DNA of 64,000 bases, taken from positions 1 to 64,000 of the forward strand of contig CBDHDF010000002.1 of assembly GCA_965261545.1 (NCBI GenBank), written 5' to 3'. Both the position numbers and the translations under genes were made by a program. This document shows positions 9,774 to 19,530 of this stretch, piece after piece. This DNA comes from Bdellovibrionales bacterium. GTDB lineage: Bacteria; Bdellovibrionota; Bdellovibrionia; Bdellovibrionales; UBA1609. The stretch's first letter is position 1. The number at the start of each line of letters is the position of its first letter. The notes beneath the pieces are model-generated. The model saw only the letters and a program-made list of their open reading frames with translations, was not told the origin of the DNA and did no database searches.

Positions 9774-10069
9774 AGTCTTTCTCCTTTAACCCGATCACTC
9801 TGTTTTCTAGAAAGTTGCAGAAATGAATCAAGGTCAGATTTTAGAAAGACTAGACCCTCCTTAGTAAAGTCACAAAAAGTCAGCCTCCTTGATCTCAGTG
9901 CATGATAGCGTATGCTATCAACGCTGCACCGACAGTAAAAGGCGGCTTCTTTTTCATTAAATACATGGTGATTAAACACCATTATTCTTTCTATTTGATT
10001 GTCAAAGAGCGAGTCTTCAGTAGACGCACAGGACGACGGACTGGTGATTTTTTTATTATCATAAAGCAT
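9770..10069 (-). CDS. Excisionase-like HTH protein
   Basis: FNEKEAAFYCRCSVDSIRY...LVFLKSDLDSFL; overlaps int start. Confidence 0.75.
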   Translation of the reverse strand: MLYDNKKITSPSSCASTEDSLFDNQIERIMVFNHHVFNEKEAAFYCRCSVDSIRYHALRSRRLTFCDFTKEGLVFLKSDLDSFLQLSRKQSDRVKGERL

Positions 10070-10567
10070 AGTATTTTCTCCTTAAAAGATCACGAAAAAG
10101 GTGAACGTTCGTCTAAAGATGAACGGCCGTATAAAAATGAGTGGCCGCATAAATCTGATAAACAATGAGCGCAAAAAGTGTTCTTCCCGAATTTTTTGTC
10201 ATCGGACATAAATCTTTCTTAAAAAAGATATTAAAAAATTTCCTGAATGCTTCATGAATACCTCCTTATGGGTATAGTTTGGTTGGGTGAGCCATATAGC
10301 TCACCGGCGGGGAATTGTTAATGATTTGATGAATGTATCTGGTAGGTGTTTGTTGAATAGAATGATTGAATATCGCCTTCATTTTTTACAGCACGAAGAC
10401 GAGGAGTGAACCGTCCGGGGGGGGGAGTGAATACGAGGAACCCCCCAATTTTGAGAATTTTTTGTTGACGACGGGCAAAAAAATCACTTTTAGCCCTTTT
10501 CAAAAAGGCCAAAAAGGATGTAGGCCATGGCCGTTCACAAAAAGTCCAAATAAAGAAGGAGTCAGAA

Positions 10568-10846
10568 ATGGCAAAGTTTAAACACTTAACAAAAGAAAAA
10601 CTAAATCATGTCCGCAATCGCCTTTTTGAAGTGTCCAGTGGCCTCAATGGTCTAGGCTCTTTGTTTGAGTCTCAATCAGTACACTTTTGCCCCTCACCAG
10701 ATGAGCTTTACGGCATTGGACAGCTCTTGAAGCAACTCTCCCGTGAAGTTGAGGTTCAGGAAGACATCCTAAATTGTGGTTATGATAGTCAAGCCGTGAA
10801 GAAGAATTTGGGGGAGACACCAGTGTTAGACTCGAAGAAAAGTTGA
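10568..10846 (+). CDS. Hypothetical helical protein, paralogue of 12250-12492
   Basis: AGGAG RBS; MAKFKHLT..RNRLFEVSSGLNGLG shared. Confidence 0.8.
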   Translation: MAKFKHLTKEKLNHVRNRLFEVSSGLNGLGSLFESQSVHFCPSPDELYGIGQLLKQLSREVEVQEDILNCGYDSQAVKKNLGETPVLDSKKS

Positions 10847-10894
10847 AAAAAGGGAGGCAGAAATTATCTTGCCTCCTAGCCTTTCTCTTCCTTC

Positions 10895-11914
10895 TCATAC
10901 CCTGCCACGTCCTGCCCTCTCATTGAGATCATTAGACCTGTTAGGGACAATCAAATTAGGCCATTCCATTTGTGATTCTTGGCTCATTTGTAACTCTCGA
11001 CTTACCCCTGGTCCTCGGATTTTGGGATAAGCCAAGTTTTGCTTATCTGGATTATTTTCTCTAAAGAGTCTTAAAAGATCTTTTGTTTCTTTCTTGGTTT
11101 TTCCTAGGAGGTAGACATATTTGTGCTTTCTGGGAACTCTGCGGCGCAGGCAGTAACCTTGTTGGCTTTTAGATGCTTCTTTTAACTGAATGACAACATC
11201 CTTTGGAATCTGGTCCCAATAAATTGTAGTTCCGTCACTCCAGTGGCTTTTCCAAGAAATTCCCAACTCGAAGGCATATTTTTTATAGCTGCTGGCACTT
11301 CTAAATCTACGATCACTGAACCAGCCCTTATTTGGACGGCAGGGGTCATAATATTGAAAGCGAGCCCCTGAGTTTTGTCCAAGGTAGATAAAATTAGAGC
11401 CTTGGTAAACAGTGCCCAATTCTCTGGCTTCGGTGTCGGAGTAGGCTGAAAAATAACGGTAGGTAGTATTTTTTACCATCCAACGGACGGAAAACATGAC
11501 AAGAGAGCTTGCAAGATTCTTGGGGCTCCAAGAAATGCAGGCTCCCCGGCTGATGAGTTTTTCCTTGTCACGATTTTCTCTGCCTAAGAGGTGAGAAAAT
11601 GCATTGGGTGTGGCCATCACAATAGCACCGGCCAATTGTCCTTTGTAGGTGGCAATAAATCGATGGGTCGGGCGATGGGGCATTTTTCCAAGCCACTCGT
11701 GGCGAAGGATGAATTGTTTAATTTTTGCACATACCTCCTTATTATCTTTGGAGATGTAGGAAAACTTAAAGTGGGAGACTCGGAGCTTAGACATTTCATC
11801 ATAAGTCAGTCCGGTCATCTTTAGATCTTTGACGAGATTCTTTCTTCTCATTTCGTATTGCCAACAATGATTTTCATTGAAAGCATTCTTCTCTAATATC
11901 CTGTCATTAAACAT
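10895..11914 (-). CDS. Mom-family (GNAT-like) adenine DNA-modification protein
   Basis: HEWLG, ISRGAC...PKNLAS, SAYSD.....GTVYQGSNFIYLG motifs. Confidence 0.75.
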   Translation of the reverse strand: MFNDRILEKNAFNENHCWQYEMRRKNLVKDLKMTGLTYDEMSKLRVSHFKFSYISKDNKEVCAKIKQFILRHEWLGKMPHRPTHRFIATYKGQLAGAIVMATPNAFSHLLGRENRDKEKLISRGACISWSPKNLASSLVMFSVRWMVKNTTYRYFSAYSDTEARELGTVYQGSNFIYLGQNSGARFQYYDPCRPNKGWFSDRRFRSASSYKKYAFELGISWKSHWSDGTTIYWDQIPKDVVIQLKEASKSQQGYCLRRRVPRKHKYVYLLGKTKKETKDLLRLFRENNPDKQNLAYPKIRGPGVSRELQMSQESQMEWPNLIVPNRSNDLNERAGRGRV

Positions 11915-12249
11915 AAACCTCTCTCAAAAAAGATTTTGAAGAGAATATTGAATGAGTCATGAAATACCTCCTTATGGGTATGGGTTGGTTGAACCGTAGG
12001 GCTCAGATTGGTTTTGGGTGGTTGAAGGGACCGGGGCTAAGTGAATACAAAAGGGGGCCGTTCAATGATTGCCTTTTGTGCTTTTTGAGCAGTCACTACC
12101 CAGAGGGGCTAAGTGAGGGGTGGCTCAATTTCTGAGGATTTTTTGTTGACGACGGGCAACAAAGTGAAGTTTGGCCCTTTTCAAAAGGGCCAAAAAAGAT
12201 GTAGGCCATGGCCGTTAACAACAAAAAATCTAAGAAAAGGAGCTGCGAG

Positions 12250-12492
12250 ATGGCAAAATTTAAACATTTAACAGAAAAGAAACTTAAAGATATCCGCAAT
12301 CGCCTGTTTGAGGTTTCCAGTGGTCTTAATGGTTTAGGCACTCTTTTTGAATCTCAATCGAAAGCCTTTTGCCCTTCAACAAGTGAACTGTTTGGTGTTG
12401 GGCAGCTAGTGAAGCAATTTTCTCGTGAGATCGAAATTCAAGAGGATATCCTAAATTGTGGCTATAACAGCCAGGCGGTGAAAAAAGAGTGA
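12250..12492 (+). CDS. Hypothetical protein, paralogue of 10568-10846
   Basis: AGGAG RBS before ATG 12250; conserved upstream region. Confidence 0.8.
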   Translation: MAKFKHLTEKKLKDIRNRLFEVSSGLNGLGTLFESQSKAFCPSTSELFGVGQLVKQFSREIEIQEDILNCGYNSQAVKKE

Positions 12493-12741
12493 CGGATTTA
12501 GAATTTCATAAGCAACTTACCTTGAAGAAGAGTCGTAACAGCCCACCTTGGTTCTCCCTCTATAAGAGGAAAGATAGCGTGCCCGATTTTTCCTATGAGT
12601 CTAGGGAGCAGGGGAGTAAGAAGTGACAAAGAATTCTGACGAAGTTGGAAGAAGTCCGACCTGTCGGGAGCCTCAAATGAAGAATAAGAATAAAAATAAA
12701 AAAATATATCAACCATAACTTTTTCATGAAAAGGAGCAACT

Positions 12742-12948
12742 ATGAAAGGTTTTATTCAAGCTATTATCACTATTATTTTTCTTCTTCTTGGATTTAATTT
12801 TGGGCTAGAGTTCATCCATAAGGAAGTGAGAGAAGCCACCATTAAAAAGTTGAGTAAAGGTCTTATGCCCTTGAGTCCTGCGACTCAAAAAATGACTGGC
12901 ATGAGGTGGGCTCCTGTGGAACCCAAAAAGAAGACAGGCAATCAATAA
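12742..12948 (+). CDS. Small single-TM membrane peptide, distant paralogue of 589-792
   Basis: AGGAG RBS; MK..TM..E....EA..K...GL.P....T pattern. Confidence 0.7.
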   Translation: MKGFIQAIITIIFLLLGFNFGLEFIHKEVREATIKKLSKGLMPLSPATQKMTGMRWAPVEPKKKTGNQ

Positions 12949-13266
12949 CTTTTTTCGTAACTGCTCACACTCCATTAGTTTCATAGGGGAGCGTGTGGAT
13001 TCGCATGAGGTTCGCTGTAGGGAAATGGTAAAGCCAGGTCAATAAAAGGCAGTGGTTCAGGGGGCTCTCCCCGTAGTAAAAATTCACGGGGTGCCCATAA
13101 CTGAATTTTTGGAATCAAATAATTAGCCCCAATTGGAGCGAACCAGACACCGACAGATCCAAACAAACCGAAGTGGACCAAGGAGGAGGTGAACGAGAGA
13201 GTCAGGAGAACCAGAAGAGTCAACGCATGAAGAAATGAGTGAGTAAGAGCATACAAGAAGCAAGTA

Positions 13267-14163
13267 TTATGGTGGAGCTTGGTTGCGGATGAGTTTCAGG
13301 TCCACTTGAAAGGATCTTATGACATTATTGGGGATTTCATGGGAGTCTGTGGCTTCCATGGCGTGAAAGTCCTTCTTGCCCCTGCCTTGGCAGGAGCCAT
13401 ATTCTAGAAACCCCGTTTTGATGTGTCCATTAAAAGTATGTATAGGTCTGATATACAGTTTATCGGTTTTTTCAACCATGCCCGCAGTGACTTTGAGGGA
13501 TACGGTCACGGAGGAACCACCATGAAGCTTGATCTTATCAGAGCGGTAAGAACGACCTCCAAGGATGAAGTATAAGGGAATACTTTCTGGTTGCTCTTCA
13601 AACTCAATGGGTGACTCAACTTTTCCCGTATCATCCCGAAAGGAGGCTGTACACTCCCCACTCTGATAAACTTCAATGCAGTCTCGTATTTTGGAGTTCT
13701 TTCCTTCAAATGGGTGGGAGTTGTCGCATTCAAGCTCAGTCCATACGGAGGTCACATTTTTCTTATAAACCTCTGAAAATCTTCTTGTTATTTTGACACC
13801 TTGAAGTCGAACAAGAATTTCATCTCCTGCCTTCACATGGCCCACAAAGACTTGTTTATCAACCATTTCCCCTTCAAAAATAATATAAGTTTCTGGCCCT
13901 TCTGAAAACTCGGCCCCCTTGTCATGGGAAGGGGGTTCTTGTGTGCCTTCACCTTCTCCAATTCCTTTGCCAGCCTCTTCTCCACCCCTTTTTCCGCTCT
14001 CTCCATTTGTTTCAGTTTCAACTTCAGAGTTTATATCTGGCTCTTCTGGAGAGGTTTCACTTATGGCCTTTGGTGGTGCCTTTGTTCTTTCAGGCTCCTC
14101 CCATTGACTACAGGAAAATAATATCATGGACATAAAAATAGTGGGTAAGATAAATGGATTCAT
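13267..14163 (-). CDS. Predicted lipoprotein, paralogue of 14295-15305
   Basis: LFSC lipobox; shared IIF.....FVG.VK.GD domain with conserved Cys. Confidence 0.75.
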   Translation of the reverse strand: MNPFILPTIFMSMILFSCSQWEEPERTKAPPKAISETSPEEPDINSEVETETNGESGKRGGEEAGKGIGEGEGTQEPPSHDKGAEFSEGPETYIIFEGEMVDKQVFVGHVKAGDEILVRLQGVKITRRFSEVYKKNVTSVWTELECDNSHPFEGKNSKIRDCIEVYQSGECTASFRDDTGKVESPIEFEEQPESIPLYFILGGRSYRSDKIKLHGGSSVTVSLKVTAGMVEKTDKLYIRPIHTFNGHIKTGFLEYGSCQGRGKKDFHAMEATDSHEIPNNVIRSFQVDLKLIRNQAPP

Positions 14164-14294
14164 ATTGAACTCCTTCTTTAAAATTTGAAATTATTTAGTT
14201 GTTAAGGTGACCAATGAGGCCAATCTGACTAAGAGGACCAGTGATTAAGGTTGAGCAATGCGACGAAGATGACTAAAAAAAGTGTCATAAAGCC

Positions 14295-15305
14295 TCACTC
14301 TGTCTCTTTCATAACTTCCTGACTAAGAATCTTTAGAGTCAACTCAAACTCTCTGGTTATTTTATGAGGTATGGTTGTTGATGAAGTGGTTTTCTCAAAA
14401 CGAAAGTCTTTCGCATATTTGTTCGGACAATAAATGTAAGATTGAAAACCAACCTTAACTTCACCCTTGGATTCGTTGAGGGGCTTGAGGTATAGTTCGT
14501 TTATACCTCGAAGCATGTTTCTCGTTATTTTAAGGGAGGCAGAGAGATGTGAGTCATGATTAAGATCTACAAAATGCTGTATTTCCTCAAATTTATAGTC
14601 CTGATCTCCAATTCTTAGAACTAAGTCGACACTATCTGTGTATTCATCCATATCAATAGATGTTTCACTTTCTCCAAGATAGTCTCGACGAGAGGTCATA
14701 CACTGTTCCTCTTCATATATGTATCCACACCTTTCTGAACTGTTAAATTTTGAAGGTCCTTCACAGTAATAGTTTTTCTGGATTGTTTCTATGGCAACAT
14801 CATAGAAATCTGAAAATTGAGTTTCTTTTTGGATGCCAGATATTATCTCTACCTTCACAAGGTCACCCTCTTTGACACGACCTACAAAGCGCTCTTGGTT
14901 GATCTTCTCATTTTGAAAGATGATATCAGAGGTCCTCTTAAAGCAAGGTGGAGGTGTCTCTTTCTCAGCTTCAAGAGATGAAGTTTGAGAAGGATATTGA
15001 GTGAATGTTTTGTCGGTGTTTTTCATAGAATCTTGGAAGAAATTTTCATCCTCTCGGCCTTCAATGTATTCTGCATTATATATACCTGGATCCTGGTCAA
15101 AGCCTTTCGTCCTTTCATTTTCTATTTCCATGGAAGGGTTGCAGGAGGTAGTTTCTAATTTTTTATTTGCCCCATTACATGCAAATAAAAACATTGGAAA
15201 TATCATAAAAATTAAAAAGATTCTTGACCTTTCTGAACTGTTCTTAGAAATGATTAAATCATTATTTTTACACAAATATGGATATATATTTACGTTATTT
15301 ATCAT
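14295..15305 (-). CDS. Predicted lipoprotein
   Basis: AGGAG RBS before ATG 15305; LFAC lipobox; paralogous domain. Confidence 0.7.
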   Translation of the reverse strand: MINNVNIYPYLCKNNDLIISKNSSERSRIFLIFMIFPMFLFACNGANKKLETTSCNPSMEIENERTKGFDQDPGIYNAEYIEGREDENFFQDSMKNTDKTFTQYPSQTSSLEAEKETPPPCFKRTSDIIFQNEKINQERFVGRVKEGDLVKVEIISGIQKETQFSDFYDVAIETIQKNYYCEGPSKFNSSERCGYIYEEEQCMTSRRDYLGESETSIDMDEYTDSVDLVLRIGDQDYKFEEIQHFVDLNHDSHLSASLKITRNMLRGINELYLKPLNESKGEVKVGFQSYIYCPNKYAKDFRFEKTTSSTTIPHKITREFELTLKILSQEVMKETE

Positions 15306-15499
15306 TTTAATTCTCCTAAAGGTTGTTCTCTTTAGCCCTTTAGGGTGTAAAGAGAGTGGACTCATAGGGCTCCCTATGAGATTACAAATTAATGGTGGCG
15401 TTATACCCCTTGGAAATGTGAAATAGTTAAGATATTAAATACTAAAATGATAGAAGTGATGAGGCAGTATCACCTCTTACCTTCGCTTTCTCCGCTCCA

Positions 15500-15800
15500 T
15501 AAACGTCTCTTGCCTCTGTCTCTGGCCCTGTTTCTGATTTGCCCTACCTTCTGCTTATCTACTGTCTAAGCTTCAGCTTCATCTTCAGCCTCAACCTCAG
15601 CTTCCTTATCGGCCCCTGTTCCTACCTTCACACCGGCCCCTGCTTCTATCTACGTCTCAGTCTCCTTGCTTATGTCTACCTTTGTGTTTGTCTCCACACT
15701 TTCATCTTCTATTTCTGTCTTTATTCCTATCTTTGTATCTTTCTTTGCTGTCTCTGTACCTCCCATTACTGTCTCTATGCCTAACTTTGTCTTTATCTGT
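15500..15800. repeat. Degenerate hexamer-period low-complexity tract
   Basis: TCTGTC/CTTCAG/CTCAAC-type units running through the gene end and intergenic DNA. Confidence 0.7.
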
Positions 15801-16216
15801 GGCCTCATTTGGACTCCTAAAATATCTGGAGTCTTCTCTGAAGCCTTCCTTTTGGGTTTTCGCCCTAGCTTCTTTTTGGAAATATTCACTTTGTCGAGAT
15901 AAAGCTTGATGGACTCATCCATATTCTCATTGTTTGAGCTTTGAATGAGTTTTATCAGATAGGATTTCTTATCAAAAAATCCACGGGCGACATTTTCGTA
16001 CTCTAAGGATTCATACTTCTGAAAAAATATCTTTAGAGAAGTATTGACGACTTTGGAGACACTCACCTTGCATGAATCTCTTTTCAGTTGAGTCACCCAT
16101 TCATTGACATATGACATAATCTCTTTGTCCAACAAGACTCTTTGAGATACATTTCTTTTCAATGAGTTCTTGGGTGGCAAATCTTTGTTTTTATTCTTGT
16201 GAACTAAGTTGTTCAT
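15650..16216 (-). CDS. Hypothetical protein, possible ribbon-helix-helix DNA-binding/relaxosome accessory
   Basis: QRVLLD..I...V......SVSKVVN pattern; coupled to upstream gene. Confidence 0.55.
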   Translation of the reverse strand: MNNLVHKNKNKDLPPKNSLKRNVSQRVLLDKEIMSYVNEWVTQLKRDSCKVSVSKVVNTSLKIFFQKYESLEYENVARGFFDKKSYLIKLIQSSNNENMDESIKLYLDKVNISKKKLGRKPKRKASEKTPDILGVQMRPQIKTKLGIETVMGGTETAKKDTKIGIKTEIEDESVETNTKVDISKETET

Positions 16217-16878
16217 CGGCGATCTCCTTTCGATCTTTTGTTACGACTTCTTTGACGGGGTTTCTTCATTGACCCATGCGGTCCCTGTGGCCCCTGAAAT
16301 GAACCTTCTGAAGGGGGAACCCAGGAGGAATCTCTGTCAATGATCCACACACAGTGCCCCTCGACGAGTTTCTTATTTCTGATCTCCCAGTCAAAACATT
16401 CTTTGCTAATGCCAGGAGGAGCCACCAGGAAATCATGAACTCCATTCTCACTGGGTTCCTTTTCAGTGGAAAGTAAGGATGAAAATTTCTCTAGTTCAAA
16501 GAGAGTTTCTTTCCTCACTGCTTCATCTCTGCTCTTCAGCGAGTTGTGAATAATGTAAGAACTGGTGCCTCCAATTGTGGCTCCTATGAAAAGGCCATGC
16601 AGTATCCATTTTTTCCTATTCCTCTTCGTGGTGGCACCCACCATGGCTCCCGTCGCCGCTCCAAGACCTAATCCCATAAGAAGAGATGAGTTGGTGAGTT
16701 TGTTAGTGGAAGTTTCGGAATTTGTGGACGTGGAAGCGCAGCCTGAAATGAGCATTGTTCCAACAATCATTTTTATCAATATAATTCTTTTAATGGATTC
16801 CTCCTTGTTGTATTTGTTGTCAATTCTTCCAAATTTTTTCTCTTTTTTGTTCTTTTTGCTTCGTTTTTTTCTGTTCAT
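16213..16878 (-). CDS. Glycine-zipper lipoprotein, TraV/VirB7-like
   Basis: ISGC lipobox, GLGLGAATGAMVG, C-terminal LVEGHCVWII. Confidence 0.6.
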   Translation of the reverse strand: MNRKKRSKKNKKEKKFGRIDNKYNKEESIKRIILIKMIVGTMLISGCASTSTNSETSTNKLTNSSLLMGLGLGAATGAMVGATTKRNRKKWILHGLFIGATIGGTSSYIIHNSLKSRDEAVRKETLFELEKFSSLLSTEKEPSENGVHDFLVAPPGISKECFDWEIRNKKLVEGHCVWIIDRDSSWVPPSEGSFQGPQGPHGSMKKPRQRSRNKRSKGDRR

Positions 16879-17212
16879 TTATTATTATCTTCCTATTATT
16901 TTCCTATTCTATTCTTATTTACTTCTTCCTACCTCTTCTACTCTCTTTCTTTTTCTTTTAACTCTTATTTTATTAATCTCCTCTATTGATTTCATTTCTC
17001 ACCAATGATTCGGTTTTTCTCTTGATTTCTGGCCCCCTCTCAGCCTTCAAAAAACACACTATTTTCCATTTTCATGAATCCCCCTTGACTAGATTTGAGG
17101 ATTTTTTTGCAGTACCACATGATTTCAATAGGTTACAGATTTTTTCCCCTCCCCTGCGTAAGGGACAAGTAAGGGGTCTATGTAAGGGGTAAGTCTATTT
17201 AATATTTGGATT

Positions 17213-18034
17213 TTACTTCAAAGCCCATTGGCTATTTTTAAAATCTGTAATATCCACATGTTCAGGTGAAGAAATGATATCATCAAATTGGCAGTAGAAA
17301 ACTCTGGAAACTTTACTGGTAAAAATTTCTTTTTCTATACCTCGAATAGATTCTTCAATGGATTTACTCTTGCAAACATAAAGAATCGCTCGAATGTCAC
17401 TTAGTTGCAAATACTCAGACAACTTGTCCCGAATCCTTCTCTTAGATTTCACAGTTGATTCATACTCCAAGGCTAATTTGAAAATACTGTCATTGATTTT
17501 AACCTTAAAAGCACCATCGGAATGAATTTGGGTAAAAGACATATAGTCGTTAGAGTTTGCCACTTCCTCGCAGCATTGAAGGACATTTTCTTGTATAAAC
17601 CCTACCACAAGCGACCTTCTTTGTAGCCACTCTCCAACTTCTAAAAGTTTAAGATCATGGAGTGGATGGTTACTTCTTTTTTGTCTCTGGCAGAGTGTAT
17701 AGGGTAGTTCTTGCCTTACCCTGCGGAGGGCCTTGTCTGTGAGAGAGTAATAAAAACGCCAATCATCATATTGGTCCACAAAGTGTCTTGAAAGATACTT
17801 TTCTCTGACAAGGCGACTTAAGCGCACTTTGGAGGCTTGGTAACTGGCACCTTGAAAGGGATATTTTGCCAATTGCCTGATGGTCCCCACCTTGTATTTA
17901 AAAAGAAAGAGAAATAACTCTATATCTCTTTTGGTAAGTCTTATAGCACAGGGTTTTCTTTTTAAAGCCCCACGAGTCTTTTTTGTTACTTCATTGACGC
18001 CATCGCCATGGCCACGAGATGGTTTGCTGCTCAT
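17213..18034 (-). CDS. Replication-relaxation (MOBC-like) family protein, putative relaxase
   Basis: LTKRD wHTH N-terminus, HDL, SDG, LALEYE...KS PD-(D/E)xK-like motifs. Confidence 0.75.
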   Translation of the reverse strand: MSSKPSRGHGDGVNEVTKKTRGALKRKPCAIRLTKRDIELFLFLFKYKVGTIRQLAKYPFQGASYQASKVRLSRLVREKYLSRHFVDQYDDWRFYYSLTDKALRRVRQELPYTLCQRQKRSNHPLHDLKLLEVGEWLQRRSLVVGFIQENVLQCCEEVANSNDYMSFTQIHSDGAFKVKINDSIFKLALEYESTVKSKRRIRDKLSEYLQLSDIRAILYVCKSKSIEESIRGIEKEIFTSKVSRVFYCQFDDIISSPEHVDITDFKNSQWALK

Positions 18035-19530
18035 AGAGGGCGCCCTGTTAAGGACTGCGAAAGGTCATCACTGACTTGACCTTTATCCTCATTCACCTCT
18101 ATCATGGGTTGAAAGTTAAGATTCTCTTGGCCCTCGTATTTTTCCTTAAGGAAAGATATTTTCTCTTTGAGGTCTTCATCGGAAATCAAAGGGGACTGAA
18201 TCTCTATGAATTGATTCCCCGTAGCCCAAATGCCACGGCCCTTAATATCAGGAAGACGAAAGGCCATGTTGTTACCAATGGCACGCATGGAGTTCTCAAG
18301 GGTGTTGACACGAAAACACAGACGTCCTCCGATGTTTTCTTGAACCTTGGGGTCCATGGTGTCTTTGTTGATTTTCTGGGTGGCAAAAATCAAATGGATG
18401 CCAGCCGCACGGGCCAACTTGGCCAGTTCATCGGTCAATTCCCTGGCTTGAAGGATGAGCTTTTGTTTTGAGTTTTGGACAGAAACCTTGGTGTAAAGCT
18501 CACTGGCCTCATCAATACCTATAATAATCTTATCGAGTTTATCCCTTTGGGAGACAATGCTCTTATGCCCTTTCTCTTCTAAAATGGCAAAACGTCGCTT
18601 CATTTCATCCCTCACCTTTTTCAATATACTCACGGCTTCGGATTCACTTTTCACCACCCTGACATTGGGAAGGTCCCCAAACTCCTTCATTTCCACCCCA
18701 CCTTTGAGGTCTAAGAGGTACATTTGAATATAATCTGAGCTATGGAGAAGCCCCAAAAGGGCTTGTTTGAAAAAAACACTTTTCCCACCCCCCGTGGAAC
18801 CAGCAATCAACATATGGGGCAAAGTGCTAATATCCACTGTGATAATGCCACCCAAAGATTCTCCAATGACAAGGGAGTAGGGCTTTTTTAAGTGTCCTAT
18901 GAGGGGAGCCCACTCCACCTTTTGGGGAAGGATTTTTGTTGTCAGAAGTATTTCCACAAACTGGGGGGAACTTCCCAAGTGGATGGACTCAATGATGGAG
19001 TTAAAGGATGAGGCAAGTTGATTTTGCTTCTGGGTGTATGTCTCAAGCCCCACTCCCTTGCTCAATAATGTAAGCTTTGTTTTGAAGTAATCCAATCTTT
19101 CAATGGCTACCACCTGTGGTGCTGTACCATGACCTGATTTGATGTGGACTTCATCCAATTGTTTTTGGAGCTTCTTCTTTTGATAATAAGGACCTAGACC
19201 AAGAAGAATTAGAATAACAAAGCCTGAGAATATAGCCACCAGAACATAATGATGTAGCCAAGAAGGTGTTATCAAAAGAACACATAGTCCCTCAGTAAAG
19301 ATATGGGGTGCTATTTTATGGGCCACAAAGATATAGTAGTGTTTGTAAGTAATACCAAAGACGAACCCCAAAAAGGAAGGCGCATAAACCTTAAACTCAA
19401 TGGATCTAAAGTCAATCCTTCTGGCTCCATGGAAGGCAATATGGCACAATATCCATGACGCCTTTCCGAGTTCAATAATAACTCTCTCTATGCTCTCTGC
19501 TAATTTTTGATAATTATCGTTTTTACTCAT
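18031..19530 (-). CDS. FtsK/SpoIIIE-family ATPase, putative coupling protein
   Basis: 2 TM segments; PHMLIAGSTGGGKS, DLKGG, EMKRR, IDEASEL, ARAAGIHLIFATQ. Confidence 0.9.
   Translation of the reverse strand: MSKNDNYQKLAESIERVIIELGKASWILCHIAFHGARRIDFRSIEFKVYAPSFLGFVFGITYKHYYIFVAHKIAPHIFTEGLCVLLITPSWLHHYVLVAIFSGFVILILLGLGPYYQKKKLQKQLDEVHIKSGHGTAPQVVAIERLDYFKTKLTLLSKGVGLETYTQKQNQLASSFNSIIESIHLGSSPQFVEILLTTKILPQKVEWAPLIGHLKKPYSLVIGESLGGIITVDISTLPHMLIAGSTGGGKSVFFKQALLGLLHSSDYIQMYLLDLKGGVEMKEFGDLPNVRVVKSESEAVSILKKVRDEMKRRFAILEEKGHKSIVSQRDKLDKIIIGIDEASELYTKVSVQNSKQKLILQARELTDELAKLARAAGIHLIFATQKINKDTMDPKVQENIGGRLCFRVNTLENSMRAIGNNMAFRLPDIKGRGIWATGNQFIEIQSPLISDEDLKEKISFLKEKYEGQENLNFQPMIEVNEDKGQVSDDLSQSLTGRPL

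Noticed and set aside
13270..13277. TGGTGGAG as the second att site of the tmRNA island
   Set aside because: Only 8 bp, lies in the last codons of a lipoprotein gene, and similarity does not extend
15539..17008. Hydrophobic plus-strand ORFs
   Set aside because: Antisense shadows of low-complexity purine-rich minus-strand sequence
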